A DNA stretch of 64,000 bases from Chiloscyllium plagiosum (Eukaryota), in the NCBI RefSeq assembly GCF_004010195.1, contig NC_057754.1, forward strand, positions 1,650,823-1,714,822, written 5' to 3'. The notes beneath the pieces are model-generated. The model was not told the origin of the DNA and made no database searches. It saw only the letters and a list, made by a program, of their open reading frames with translations. This document shows, in pieces, positions 12,085 to 24,290 of the stretch (positions within the stretch are counted from its first letter, which is position 1; each line of letters opens with the position of its first letter). A program made the position numbers and the translations under genes.

Positions 12085-12600
12085 AAAGAAAATGCATTTC
12101 AACACTGCTTTTCATTGCCTGTATGGCTCAAAACATCTTACTGAGCATTTTTATGTCACCATACTCATAATGGATCATAGGGCTGCTCTCTCATAAGAGA
12201 GAGGTGGCTAGTGGTGGTTTAACCTTCGTGTCACCATGCCTCACATGGAGAGGTTGAGAAGGAGAGTCCTTAATGGTAACTTCAGCCAGGAATTGAACCC
12301 ATACTGTTGGTGTTACTCTGCATTGCAAACCTGCTATCTAGCTAACTGATGTTTTATTTTATTTGCAGTGTAGTTACACTGTAATGCAGGAAACATGGTA
12401 GCTAATTTGCATGCAGCAAATGCACATAAATAGCAATATGATAATGTTCACAAAATCATTTTTTGAGGTGTTGATGAAAGAATAAATATTGACTGAGTTA
12501 GACTGGCTCACACCCCTCCACGTTTTTTTCACAATAATGCTATTTATGTCCATCTTCAAGAGTCACAGTTTACCTTCTCATCAGAAAGAATGCATCACTT
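12085..12600 (-). mobile_element. SacSINE1/DeuSINE-like SINE body hosting a nested SINE and leading into minisatellite array 2
   Basis: GTAGTTACACTGTAATGCAGGAAACATGGTAGCTAATTTGCATGCAGCAA..GAATAAATATTG..TCATCAGAAAGA. The 5' head resumes at about 13225-13268. Confidence 0.65.
12165..12348 (-). mobile_element. tRNA-derived SINE (third family, possibly Meta-domain type)
   Basis: CATAGGGCTGCTCTCTCAT..GTGGTGGTTTAACC..GGAATTGAACCC..AGCTAACTGA; same family as 31878-32095. Confidence 0.65.
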
Positions 12601-12602
12601 AC

Positions 12603-13222
12603 AAACCTGCACTTGTTCAGGACTGATCCTCAGACAGTTCTCAGAATTGACTCTTCAATTGTATATGACTGTCTTGGTATTGACCCTCCAACAGTATGGC
12701 ACTCCTTCAGTACTGAACCTCCGAAAGTGTGATGCTCCCTCAGTACTGACCCTCTGTCAGTGTGGCACACTGCTCAGTACTGACCCTCTGACAGTGGGGT
12801 GCACCCTCATCACTGATCCCCCAACAAATGGGGTACTCCCTCGGCACTGACTGTCCGACAGTGCAGTGCTGTCTCTGCAGTGACTCTCTGACAGTGCAGC
12901 ACATCCTTGGCACTGATCCCCCTAACAAGTGGGGCACTTGCTCAGCGCTGACGCTCTGAGAATGCAGCACTTCCTCAGTGCTGACCCTCTGACAGTGCGG
13001 TACTTCTCAGCACTGACTCTCTGACAGTGTGGTGCTCCTTCAACACTGACCTGCTGACAATGTAATGCTCCCTCAGAACTGACCCTCTGACAGTGTGGCT
13101 CTCCCTCAGCACTGACCCTCTGACAATGTAGTGTTCCCTCAGCACTGACCTTCTGACAATGTGGTGTTCCCTTAGCAATGACCTTCTGACAGTGGGGCAC
13201 TCCCTCAGCATTGACCCTCCAA
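12603..13222 (+). repeat. Minisatellite array 2, diverged mostly 33-bp units
   Basis: CAGCACTGACCCTCTGACAGTGTGGCTCTCCCT-type units; 11-aa periodicity in the overlapping ORFs. Confidence 0.92.
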
Positions 13223-13807
13223 CTGAACTGCAGATCTGAGAAGGGGAGTGTTCTGACCGACAGTCACATTGTTCGCCTTTCCCAGTCTAGCACTTCCAAC
13301 ATTAATTGTAATTACATTGCTAAAGCAATTTAATTTTTTTAAGGCATAATTGAATAAACTGTCCAGCAAAAAAAATCACAAGTACTGTTAACCTGAGTAG
13401 AAAACTAAATGTGTAACATTTTTCTAACACAGCTGGTTGATCCCTAATATTGCCATAAAATGACAGGAAATGTGGTGACACAGGATAACGAATCCCTTAA
13501 AACATCGCAGGCCTTTACCTTTATTTCCCTTGTTATAACAGTTGTTAATTAAATTACAAGATGCGATTCAGGCTATTTGTGGCTATCTACATGGATCTGA
13601 GGTTAGAAAGGTGACAATGCCAAGTGTTGGGAATAGAATACTTTCTCAGCCTGTTTTGTACATCTTTTGTAGGCAATTACTTTGTGGGAATCTTTTTCCA
13701 ATTTTCCTGAAGGTAATGACTTCAGCCGATTTCTGGTTCAGAGGGTAACAGGTGACCCCTAGCATCTTGTCCAATTTTTTGAGGCTGTTAGACTGCATTG
13801 GGCATTA

Positions 13808-13877
13808 CTGATGCTGTCCTCACCTGAAGGGCAGAGATGAACCTGCTGCTGTCCTCACCTGAAGGGCAGAGATGGAA
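13808..13877. repeat. 35-bp tandem duplication
   Basis: CTG(A/C)TGCTGTCCTCACCTGAAGGGCAGAGATG occurs twice. Confidence 0.9.
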
Positions 13878-14789
13878 TGTAACAGCCGTCCCTAAAACTG
13901 GATGAGGGAGTGAAAGAGTGAGAGAATTCCAGCTTGCAGTTTTGTTAGCAACTATGCTTTAAACATTTATGTTACCATGTGTTTGGCCTGATTTAAGATT
14001 CAGTTTTCACTTCGATGGTATATTTATTATGCTGTTAGAAATCAGTAAAAAAGAAGTTTAAGTCTGAAACAATAAGTGAATGAATCTCCACAAATATCCT
14101 CCTATTTCTCTGCGAAAAAGCCAATGGTAGGGGAAAGGAAACCCTAGAAACATACTGTAAATGCTAGCCACTAACTGATGCGCAAGAAAATCCTCAGATA
14201 GGGAAATTAAATACAGTTCTGCACCCAAATGAGGCAATGCCACAAGATACTATGAGACGATACAGCAAAGGCTCATTTAGATTTAATCCTGAATGGAAAG
14301 TTATGGTAATGTAAAAGGAGCAGACACTTTGGACAGAATTCTTTTTCTACTTGAGATTCTGAAGTAAGATTGATTCGTATGACACACCAGGACGCATGAT
14401 TACTGAAATTATTTTCTTTGAGGTAGATTATCCAACATGCCAGGTACAGAAATAAAAGCATCTTGAACAATGACGGCTCATTTTGGCTGCCTAGTAACTT
14501 GGATGACTCGACTACATCCCAGTGATACCATAATCATTCTGATCTCAATCATGGCGTTACTGGTTGATGAAAGTTATTTAAATTTGCCATAATTAGCACT
14601 TCTTCTATCTTGAAAGGAATTGAACATCATTACCAGACGTTGTTGGCCCTGAGTATTACTGCAGGGCCTGCAGGAATGAAGTCCGGCTCAGTATTTCTGA
14701 AATATAAGTGTATCTGCAAGTGCAAGTTTTAATGCCTTTTGGGAGGAAAAACAATGTAAGGGAATGCATAATGAACAGTAGGTTAGCTG

Positions 14790-15450
14790 AGAAGTCAGGA
14801 GGATCATTGGGATCTTGGAGTACATGTCCACAGATCCATAAAAGTAGCAGGGCAGGTAATTAAAGTGGTTATGAAGGCATCTCAGATGCTCCTTTAATTA
14901 GTAGAGGTAAAGAGTAAGAGCAGCAAACTTATATTACAATTTTGTAAGACTCCAGTTAGAGAACAACTAGAATACTGCAAACAGTTCTGCTCACTGTATT
15001 ACCTGCAGTTAAAATGGTAGAGAGGAGATTTCCAGAGAATGATGCATTCCAGCTGTGTGTAAATGTTAGATAACAGGATTTGTTTTTACAGAACAGTATT
15101 TAATTGAAATGTGTAAGATTATGAAGGGACTAGATGGAGAGATTAGAAAGAGACTACTTTTCACGCAATAGTCAATAATAATGTGATTTAAAATCATTGT
15201 TAGGAGGACTAAAAAGAAGTTAAGGAATATTCTTTTAACTGAGATGGTGATAGGATTGGGAACTCGCTTCCTGAAAGGGTGCAGAGGCAGAAACCCTTGC
15301 TGAATTAAAAAAAAACACTTGTCTATGCTGTTGTGATACTATAATCTGCAGGGTTCTGAGAAAGAGCTAGAGCTGGAAGGATGAATTAAATCAGATAGCT
15401 CTTCTTCTGACTAGCATGGACATGGTGGGCTAAATGATCTCCTTTTGCAC
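14790..15450 (+). mobile_element. Old CR1 LINE 3' fragment
   Basis: GGATCTTGGAGTACATGTCCACAGATCC..GGAACTCGCTTCCTGAAAGGG..GCATGGACATGGTGGGCTAAATG. Confidence 0.7.
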
Positions 15451-15509
15451 CAAAAATGTATATTGTACTTAATGAGGATTGGAAATGCAGCCGAAATAAA
15501 CTACAGCTG

Positions 15510-16218
15510 ATAAGATTCTTGGTAGTGTGGATGAGCAGAGGGATCTCGGTGTCCATGTGCATAGATCCCTGAAAGTTGCTACCCAGGTTGATATGGTTGT
15601 TAAGAAGGTGTACGGTGTGTTAGCTTTGATTGGTAGAGGGATTAAGTTTTGGATCTATGAGATCATGTTGCAGCTGTACAAAACTCTGGTGCAGCTGCAC
15701 TAGGAATATTGCATACAGTTCTGGTTGCAGCATTAAAGGAAGGATGTGGAAGCATTGGAAAGGGTGCAGAGGAGATTTACCAGGATATTGCCTGGTATGG
15801 AGGGAAGTTCTTATGAGGAAAGGCTGAGGGACTTGAGGCTGTTTTTGTTAGAAAGAGAAGAAGGTTGAGAGGTGACTTAATAGATATATACAGGACGATC
15901 AGAGGATTAGTAGGGTAGACCCTGAGAGCCTTTTTCCTTGAATAGTGATGGCTAGCATGTGGGGACACAGCTTTAAATTGAGAGGTGATAGATATATGCC
16001 AGACGTCAAAGGTAGGTTCTTTAATCAGAGTAATAAGGGTGTGGAACACCCTGCCTGCAACATTAGTAGACTCGCCAACTTTAAGGCTATTTAAATAGTC
16101 ATTGGATAAATATATGGATGATAAGGAACAATGTAGGTTAGATGGGCTTCAGACTGGTTTCACAGGTCAGCGCAACATCGAGGGCCGAAGGGCCTGTACT
16201 GCACTGTTATGTTCTGTG
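15510..16218 (+). mobile_element. CR1/HER1 LINE 3' fragment
   Basis: Homologous to 47030-47750; ends CGCAACATCGAGGGCCGAAGGGCCTGTACTGCACTG..GTTCT. Confidence 0.9.
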
Positions 16219-16809
16219 TTGGCGAGAGTTACGTTGTACTGGTTAACTGAGTTCACAGCAGCACAGATGACCCATATAGGATTATCTAGGAGCTGAACCT
16301 ACCAAAAGTGTTTTACTGTTCCTTTACATCTTTCAGCTTTTAAAAAAAGCTTTTGATGTACAGCACAGTGAACAACTCGACTTGATAGTCCTTCGGTAAT
16401 GCTATATTTCTAAATAGAATTCTATATTATTATGTAACTTTATTTAATTATTGGATGATAAAGTCTGTACGGTATTCCCCCTGCCTTTTTACATTTCACT
16501 GGGAACTAATTCCCAAAGGCATTCTTCATTCAGCTTTTTCATGGAGCTCCACAGGGAACAGATGCATGAGCCTCACTCTGAACGTGGCTTGGGAGAAACT
16601 AAAATTTATATGCACTATGATGTGCAACAAACAGAATGAGAGCAACTCTCTCTTTGTCCACTGCATTCAGCTACTAGTGCATTGTTACTGTTTCACTTAC
16701 AGTCATAGAGATATACAGCACAAAAACAGACCCTTCGGTCCAACTCATCCATGCCGACCAGATATCCTAAATTAATCTAGTCCCATTTGCCAGCACTAGG
16801 CCCATATCC

Positions 16810-17707
16810 AGGAGAAAGTGAGGACTGCAGGGAGATGCTGGAGATCAGAGTCGAAGGGTGTGGTGCTAGAAAAGCAGCATCCATGGAGCAGGAGAATCTA
16901 CATTTCGGGCATTAGCCCTTCATCAGGAATGAGGCTTGTGAGTCAAGGGGGTAGAGAGATAAATGGGAGGGGAGTGGGGCTGGGGAGGAAGGAGGCTGGG
17001 AGTGTGATAGGGAGATGGAGGTTNNNNNNNNNNNNNNNNNNNNNNNNNNNNNNNNNNNNNNNNNNNNNNNNNNNNNNNNNNNNNNNNNNNNNNNNNNNNN
17101 NNNNNNNNNNNNNNNNNNNNNNNNNNNNNNNNNNNNNNNNNNNNNNNNNNNNNNNNNNNNNNNNNNNNNNNNNNNNNNNNNNNNNNNNNNNNNNNNNNNN
17201 NNNNNNNNNNNNNNNNNNNNNNNNNNNNNNNNNNNNNNNNNNNNNNNNNNNNNNNNNNNNNNNNNNNNNNNNNNNNNNNNNNNNNNNNNNNNNNNNNNNN
17301 NNNNGTGAAAATGATAGGTCAGAGATGAGGGTGGAGCAGATAGGTGGGAAGGAAGATGGACAAGTTGGACAGTTCAAGAGGGCGATGCTGGGTTGGAAGG
17401 TTGGGACTGGGTAAGATGGGAGGAGGCGAGATTTCACCAATTTCCCCATTTCAGGTAGGAACCTGTTCATCTTCCTTCCTATCTGCTCCATCCTCCTCTC
17501 TAACAAATCACTTTCACCCCCACCTTCATCTACCTCTCGCATTCCCAGTTGTCTTCCCCCCAATCCCACCCCCCTCCCATTTATCTCTATACACCTTTGG
17601 CTCACAAGTTTCTTTCCTGAAGGGCTTATGCCCGAAATGTCGATTCTCCTGCTGCTCGGGTGCTGCCTGTCTGGTTGTACTTTTCCACCACCTCACTCTT
17701 TGACTCT
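16810..17707. mobile_element. Penelope-like element insertion with inverted pLTR arms (contains assembly gap)
   Basis: Left arm is on the minus strand (AGGAGAAAGTGAGGACTGCAG...) and the right arm on plus; flanked by GGCCCATATCC/GGCCCATCTCC; hammerhead-like motif at 16895-16930 (-). Confidence 0.85.
17024..17304. other. Assembly gap (281 N)
   Basis: Run of N. Confidence 1.
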
Positions 17708-19039
17708 GGCCCATCTCCCTCTAAACCCTTCCTCTTCATATACTCATCCAGATATCTTTTAAATGTTGTAATTGCATCAGCCTCCACTACTTCCTCTGGC
17801 AGCTCATTCCATACGTGCACCACCCTTTATGTGAAAAAGTTGCCCCTCAGGTCCCTTTTAAATCTTTCCCCTGTCACCTTAAACCTATGCCCTTTAGTTT
17901 TGGACTCACCCACCCTGTGGAAAAGACCTTGGTTATTTACCCTATCCATGTCCCTCATGATTGTATAAACATCTATAAGTCACCCCACACTCTCCGACAC
18001 TCCAGGGAAAATAGCCCCAGCCTATTCGGCCTCTCCCTGTAGTGCAAAACCTCTCGCCCCAGCCACATCCTTGTAAATCTTTTCTGAACTCTTTCAAGTT
18101 TCCCAACATAGGAGACAATCGGAACTGCAAATGCTGGATTTCACAACATTCTTCCTAAAATAGGGAGACCAAAATTGCACACAGTATTCTAATAGTGGCT
18201 TAACCAATGTCCTGTGCAGCTTTGGGATACTAACATGACTCTTGGTACTGAACCACATTTTTACAGCTGAGATTGGTTTATAACTCTTGTCTCCTGTCAT
18301 CTAACTATATCAGTACTTATATAAAACTAACAAAATGTAAATATATCTGTTGGAACTTTTTTAAAGAGAAATCAAAAACTGACATTGAAAGCTTTGGTTA
18401 TACTGATGTGTGATTTGCTTGTGCTGACTGATGAATTGGTACAGGATTGTCTGGTGACTGTCGGGAAGCTATGTGAGATCTGCTATAAGAAGATTTCTGG
18501 GAAACATAAGGTATGACATTACACTGGGAAGCAGTCTTGACCTCAGCAGTGGTAATGCATTAAATTAAAACTGAAACACTTGTAAGCTGATCCAGTGTTC
18601 ACGACACTTAGTTCATCATAATACAGTCAGAAACTCGATTCTATCACTATCACTCCTAATTGGTAATATTTAAGTTTGGGCTCAAGCGAAATGAGGATGA
18701 TTCATTTTTGAAATGAGGGAAAATTGTTTCTTCAAAATCTTTAACACTTGTGGAATTGTGTCTCCCTACCAAAGGAAGTTATTGAGGCAAACAGAATAGA
18801 TGCATTTCAAGGGAAATCTGAATGGACACATTAGGGAGAAAGGAAATAGAGTACATGTTGATGGGTGAGATAAAGGAGGGAGGGAGGAGGCTTGTGTGTA
18901 ACAGAAACACTGGCATGTGCCCCTGCTAGTAACTTAGATGGTTAATCTATAAAAATGTAGACCAATAGTAAATAACTAATCATAAATCTAATCAGATGAC
19001 TGGTTTTAGGTATCAAGTGCACAGTTTCTCAGAGAGTCT

Positions 19040-19240
19040 AGAATTGTACAGCATAGAAACTTGTCCATGATGACCAGGTTTCCAAAACTGAACTAGTCGC
19101 ATTTACCTGCTTTTGGCCCATATCCCTGTAAACCTTTCCTATCCATGTACCTGTCCAAATATCTTTTAAATGTTGTAATTGTACCTGTCTCTACTACTTC
19201 CTCTGGCAGCTTGATCCCTGTATGCATTATCCTCTCTATG
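19040..19240 (-). mobile_element. CR1/HER1 3'-end fragment
   Basis: GGCCCATATCCCTGTAAACCTTTCC..TTTTAAATGTTGTAATTGTACC; a similar fragment lies at 21510-21680. Confidence 0.8.
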
Positions 19241-19360
19241 TGATACATCCCAATAAGCATACAAGGAAAAGTTAAGGCATTCAGGGGAAGATTAGGTTCT
19301 TTGTTGAAACTTTATTGCTGGAACAGCACAGCAGGTCAGGCAGCATCCAGGGAACAGGAG

Positions 19361-19396
19361 ATTCGACGTTTCGGGCACAGGCCCTTCTTCAGGAAT
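19361..19396 (-). ncRNA. Minimal type I hammerhead ribozyme motif (antisense arm)
   Basis: Reverse complement is identical to the motif at 19420-19455. Confidence 0.8.
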
Positions 19397-19419
19397 TTGT
19401 GTCAGGAATTCAGGAATTC

Positions 19420-19455
19420 ATTCCTGAAGAAGGGCCTGTGCCCGAAACGTCGAAT
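19420..19455 (+). ncRNA. Minimal type I hammerhead ribozyme motif
   Basis: ATTC-CTGAAGA-A-GGGC-ctgt-GCCC-GAAA-CG-TC^GAAT: stem I ATTC/GAAT, CUGANGA core, stem II, GAAA, palindromic ACGT in place of stem III, and a GUC cleavage triplet. Confidence 0.8.
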
Positions 19456-20077
19456 CTCCTGTTCCCTGGATGCTGCCTGACCTGCTGTGCTGTTCCAGCA
19501 ATAAAGTTTCAACTTTGATCTCCAGCATCTGCAGACCTCACTTTCTCCTCGAAGATTAGGTTCTTCCCTACTTGGCAGGATAAAACATGCCTGATTGTTA
19601 TTCACCATCTAGTTTGCACTTACTTGGGAACAGCTTTACTAACTTGCTTTTTGCTGAAGAAATGGTAGGTTATGAATCCAAAGAGTTCTGACAAGAGGTC
19701 ATTGACTTGAAATGCAAACTTTGTTTCTGTCCCCATGGAGGTAAGTACCTCCAGCACTTTTTGTTTATATATCATGAAACCAGAGATGGGGTCAGGAATA
19801 AGAAGAATGGGGGACCAAGCACGACTGCTCTTTCAAAGAGCCAGCCAGAGGCACAATGGACTGAATTGGTAACATTTAAGTATGGGCAGATGGAGCCCTG
19901 TTCTGTTGGGTTTTTTGACTGAGTATCAGTAGGTGGTGAGATAAGCAGGACAATAAATATTCTCTTCAAGTGAAAAGAAAGAAGGAACATATACAGTACA
20001 GTAACATTCTCAGTCTCAGGATAATTCCAAAGTGTTTTACAGCCACTGAAGCATTTTAGAAATATAGCCACTGTTAT

Positions 20078-20420
20078 TTCTTTATTCTTTTATGCGATGT
20101 GGTGTTGCAGGCAAGCTCAGTGTTGATATTCACCCCTAATTGTCCTTGAGCTGAATTGCTTGCTTAGGTAATTTCAGAGGGCAGTTAAGAATCCTTCACA
20201 ATGACTTGAAATCACATACAAACCAGACCAGGTGAGGATGGCAGATTTTCTTTCCCCCCAGGACAATGACTTCATGGTTGCCATTAGACTATATTTAAAA
20301 AATCCAGATACATTAATTGAAAGTGTACCATCTGCCATGATGGGAATTGAACTCATGTCTCCAAAGTATTATCCTGGATCTCTACATTGCTAGTCCAATG
20401 ACATTACCAAATGCATCATG
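20078..20420 (-). mobile_element. tRNA-headed SINE with CR1-type 3' end (fourth family)
   Basis: CCCTAATTGTCCTTGAGCTGA..TTTCAGAGGGCAGTTAAGA..GGGAATTGAACTCATGTC..CTAGTCCAATGACATTACC. Related copies at 23300-23650, 40755-41020, 55618-56010 and 63600-63920. Confidence 0.65.
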
Positions 20421-23400
20421 TTCCCATAATGTTGGAAATGCAGCAGCTAATTTGCATGCAGTAAACTCCCAGAAACAGCTAATGAGGTTATGAGGAGATC
20501 ATCTGTTTTATGGAGGAATAAATAAAATCTGCCTGCTATTTGATGATTTTTTTAAAAACAAAAAATTATTTTGAAAATTCACTGTAGAAAATTCACATTA
20601 CAGTCAATTCTGCTTTCAGTACAAAGGTTTCTGTTTAACTAAAAGGAATGGTAGCTCAAAATGCAGTTTCCTTGAAGTAAGCTAGAAATTATAGTGTGCA
20701 AGCAACTTACTGTGAAGTATGTAATTTTATTTTTCTTTGTCATCTGAAAAGTATTATACAGTAAATATATTTCATATTTCCAAAAACATTGTGATTGTAT
20801 TCACATCATATCATAACAGAAGATTACAAACAAAGAATCAGAAAATGCAACTTACAATGGGGGATCATCAATTAATTTTAGCAAGGAATATTTTGATGTG
20901 CAATACCTTGCCCACTCCCTCCCTAATAGATTGTGACCTCAAATTCAATAATGGGTCAACATTGATGTGACATTTTCCACCCTTGATTCACCCAATAATT
21001 CTACAATTGTCTACTTCAAATGATCATATTTTCCACTTGATTGAAGGCAGCTGCCTGAATAACTTCTGTATTTGTTGTCCATAAACCACTGTTGTTGCAG
21101 AGACACTTGTCACCAGTAAAGTATAAAATGTTACTCAGAACTGCAAATACTACCGAATTATCAGTTGAAGTGTGTTAACAAGATATCCTTTTTCTGACTC
21201 TCAGTTGCATTGGCTGTCATCAAGGGATGAGGGGTTGCGTCAAGAAGGGAGATTGAGTAGATTAGGCCAATATTCCCAAGTGTTTAGAGGAATGACAGGC
21301 AAGCTCATTGAAACACACAAAACTGTTTAGGAGTTGAAGAGGGTTGATGATGGCAGGATATTTCTTCTGGCTGGGGATCCTAGAACGAGGGGTCAGAGTC
21401 TCTGGATCAGAAATTGATCATTCAGGATGGAGGTGAGAAATGTTGTATGTGGATGTTTAGAATTCTCAGCCCCACAGAGCTGTGGATACTCAGCCATTTT
21501 CTATGTTATGGCGTCATACAGCACAGAAACAGAGCCTTAGGTCCAACCTAGGTTTCCCAAACTAAACTAGTCCCATTTGCCTGGATTTGGCCCATATCCC
21601 TCGAAACTTTTCCTATGTATGTACCTATCCAAATGTCTTTTAAATGTTGTAATTGTACCTGCATCTACCACTTCCTCTGTTAAACTTCACGATGATTATC
21701 AAATTCAAAATTGCCCTCGCTACCATCCATTTGCAAGTCCAAATACAATGTATGACATTATAAAGTAGCCATTTGTAAATAGAGAAAATGTTTGTATGTC
21801 TGATCTTTAAAATGAGACCCCTATACAGGATTGCATTCATAAATGTGAGTGTTTGTAAGTCAGATGTTCATAAATCTAAGACCCCCTGTGTATATTATCC
21901 TCTGGATGTCATTTAAAAGAAAAAGTGATCTGACTGATTTGATAAACAAGATAGTAATGTCCCTTGACCAACATGTCTGGCTGGGCCATTTTAAAGGGAA
22001 GTTAAGATTGCCAGCTATATTGCTGTGCACAATTAGATACAGATTTGCATGGATTCAATTTATAGAAAAAGTGAATCCTGAACTCTCATAATCACAGAGG
22101 AAGTTGAAGACAGGGATTGTTGGATGTTTGCATTCTGACGGAATTATGTGGCATGGAGGTTGGGGCGGATTGATATTGAAGTCAAGCATAACAGGGCAGG
22201 CTTGATGGGCTGAATAACCTATTTCTTTTATTTTGCATTTTTTTACTCTAACAGATATTTCAAAATCAATCAATGTTTTGCTGGCAAGTATTAAAACTTT
22301 GTCTAAAGCTTTGTGCATCTAGGTAGAATAGCATCTGTTTTGGAAAGCAGAACATTGTTTTGAACAGTATCATGAATTTCCAGTTCAATTAATTCCAACA
22401 TGGATTGGATACAGTGTTCCTTTAGATTTGTCCAGTACGGAACCTCAGCCCCAGCTCGTGGTGGACATGTTTTTTATACCAGTGTGTCAATTTAATTAAC
22501 TATGATCACTGTTCTGGCCTCTTTAAGCAGTGCTGATGGTTTAGTGCCAATGTATGATTAGTTTTATGTGCAGATGGACTGAAGTTGATGAGATTGATTT
22601 CAGCTTTTACAAGGTCAACTATTTAAGAACGAATAGGATTTTCTTTACATCGGTATATGCTGGACTAGTTAAAAATGTTATTGGAGGGTCGCCTTCAACA
22701 CCCCTTTGGTTTGTAGACTCATCAATTTTCTGTTTTATGATACATTTTTCCAATTCTACTTTTTAATGCTTATTACTGATTGCGTCCTTAAAAATTAGTA
22801 ACAGATATCAACAAAGGGAAAAGAATAACAATCTTTGAAAGTGAAATAGATTTTTCAGCATTCCGTGAGTTAAAGAAAGAGCTGCTGTGAATGCTGAGCT
22901 CCAAATCGAACACAAAAGTCAAACATGCCCAAGTCTTTATTACTGATTCAAATCTTGTCATAAAGCTTAAAGCTCTAACTCTTGGGAGCAGTAGAAATAA
23001 CAGTGAGCACATATTTATTTTACAGAAAAATAACCCACTTTCTTCTTCCTTCCCCTTTGTTGTATAAAACACCATCTATGGCCCTGTAGGGAGGTTGGGA
23101 GTACGATTACAACAGGCCATTAACCTGAGGGATGTGTAAAATCAAAGGTGCAGCAAGAAATTCAGCTCTTCTGTGATCTGAGAAAAAGTGTTTCAGGAAA
23201 ATTTCAAATAGATATGACACGTGAAAGGGGCTTTGGGTCTATAATATGGATACAAAAGATCAGATGAGAGTTGGGAAGCCATACCAGTTTTAAAATTTCA
23301 TTCTCAGGATGTGAATATCATGGGCAGGGATGGCTTTTATTTCTTATCCCTCATTGCTATTTTGAGCCATCAAAGGTATTTATTCTTTTGTAGTTTGGTA

Positions 23401-23957
23401 CAGCTGAGTGGTTTGTTTGGCCACGTCAGGGAGCAGTTCAGATTCAGCTGTGCTGGTGTGGAACTGGAATTACACTTAGGTTCAGATTGGGTAAGCGTAT
23501 TCGGTAAAAGACAGGGCTGAATCAGTTGGTGTTTTGATGACATTATGAAGGCTTTGTAGCATTTCCTGTGTTCAGCATTTTAATTATGGGTATCTAAAAA
23601 GAAATTTACATTCTTAACTCTGTGCATAACCATAACCACTGCAATAGTGTGCCCAACACAAAATACCAGTGAAAGGAACTGATGATAGCACTATTGTTAT
23701 CAGAGAATGCTGGAGGTAGGATGTGAGTTTGGGAGGCTTACTCCAATAGAATCTTAAAACTAATCTTAAAGTTACTGGCCAAACTACCAAAATTCTATTT
23801 CTGTTTTAGAGAAAAAAGTTCTTGACTGTATTTTAATTGTTTAATACCTTTAAGCTTTCCTCTATCTTTGCTGGACATTTATATATTAGCCTGCTTCTAG
23901 GAAATTACTGTCTGAAATCCTGCACCGACTGTCCAGAGACACAGAGACCATTGAATT

Positions 23958-24290
23958 ACAGAATCTCTACAGTGTAGAAGCAGGCCATTCAGCCAATCAA
24001 GTCTACATCAACGCTCTGAAGAGCATCCCACCTAAACCCTACCCAAACCCTGTAACCCTGCATTTCCCATGGCTAATCCCGCACATCCCTGGTCACTGTG
24101 GGCAATTTAGCATTGGCAATCCATCTAACCTACACATCTTTGGACTGTGAGAGGAAACTGGAACAAACCCATGCAGACATGGGGAGAATCTGCAAATTCC
24201 ACAACGACAGTCGCCCGAGGATGGAATTGAATCCAGGACCCTGGTGCTGTGAGGCAGCAGTGCTAACCACTGAGCCTCTGTACCGCCCAT
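23958..24290 (-). mobile_element. HE1-type V-SINE
   Basis: Reverse-complement head GGGCGGTACAGAGGCTCAGTGGTTAGC and HER1-like tail. Confidence 0.88.

Larger units (their letters stand above)
16700..18250 (-). mobile_element. CR1/HER1 LINE 3' part, split by a PLE insertion at 16810-17707
   Basis: AGTCATAGAG tail at 16700; ORFs read WNELPEEVVEA and LEYCVQFWSPY. Confidence 0.85.
19303..19550 (+). mobile_element. Young fold-back PLE-derived element with 15-bp TSD
   Basis: 94-bp perfect inverted arms at 19303-19396 and 19420-19513; TSD GAAGATTAGGTTCTT at 19287-19301 and 19551-19565. Confidence 0.92.

Noticed and set aside
12922..13211. Periodic Cys/His ORFs resembling zinc-finger or repeat proteins
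   Set aside because: They are translations of the 33-bp minisatellite.
16818..17605. Longest ORFs in the track (198 and 220 aa)
   Set aside because: They read through the N gap.
18445..18510. Possible plus-strand exon (DCLVTVGKLCEICYKKISGKHK)
   Set aside because: The acceptor lacks a pyrimidine tract and the peptide is not recognisable.
19303..19513. Pre-miRNA or DNA-transposon MITE
   Set aside because: The asymmetric tail, 15-bp TSD and homology to PLE termini indicate a retroelement inversion instead.
22554..22766. Possible exon/ORF (WTEVDEIDFSFYK...)
   Set aside because: No convincing donor site or recognisable homology.
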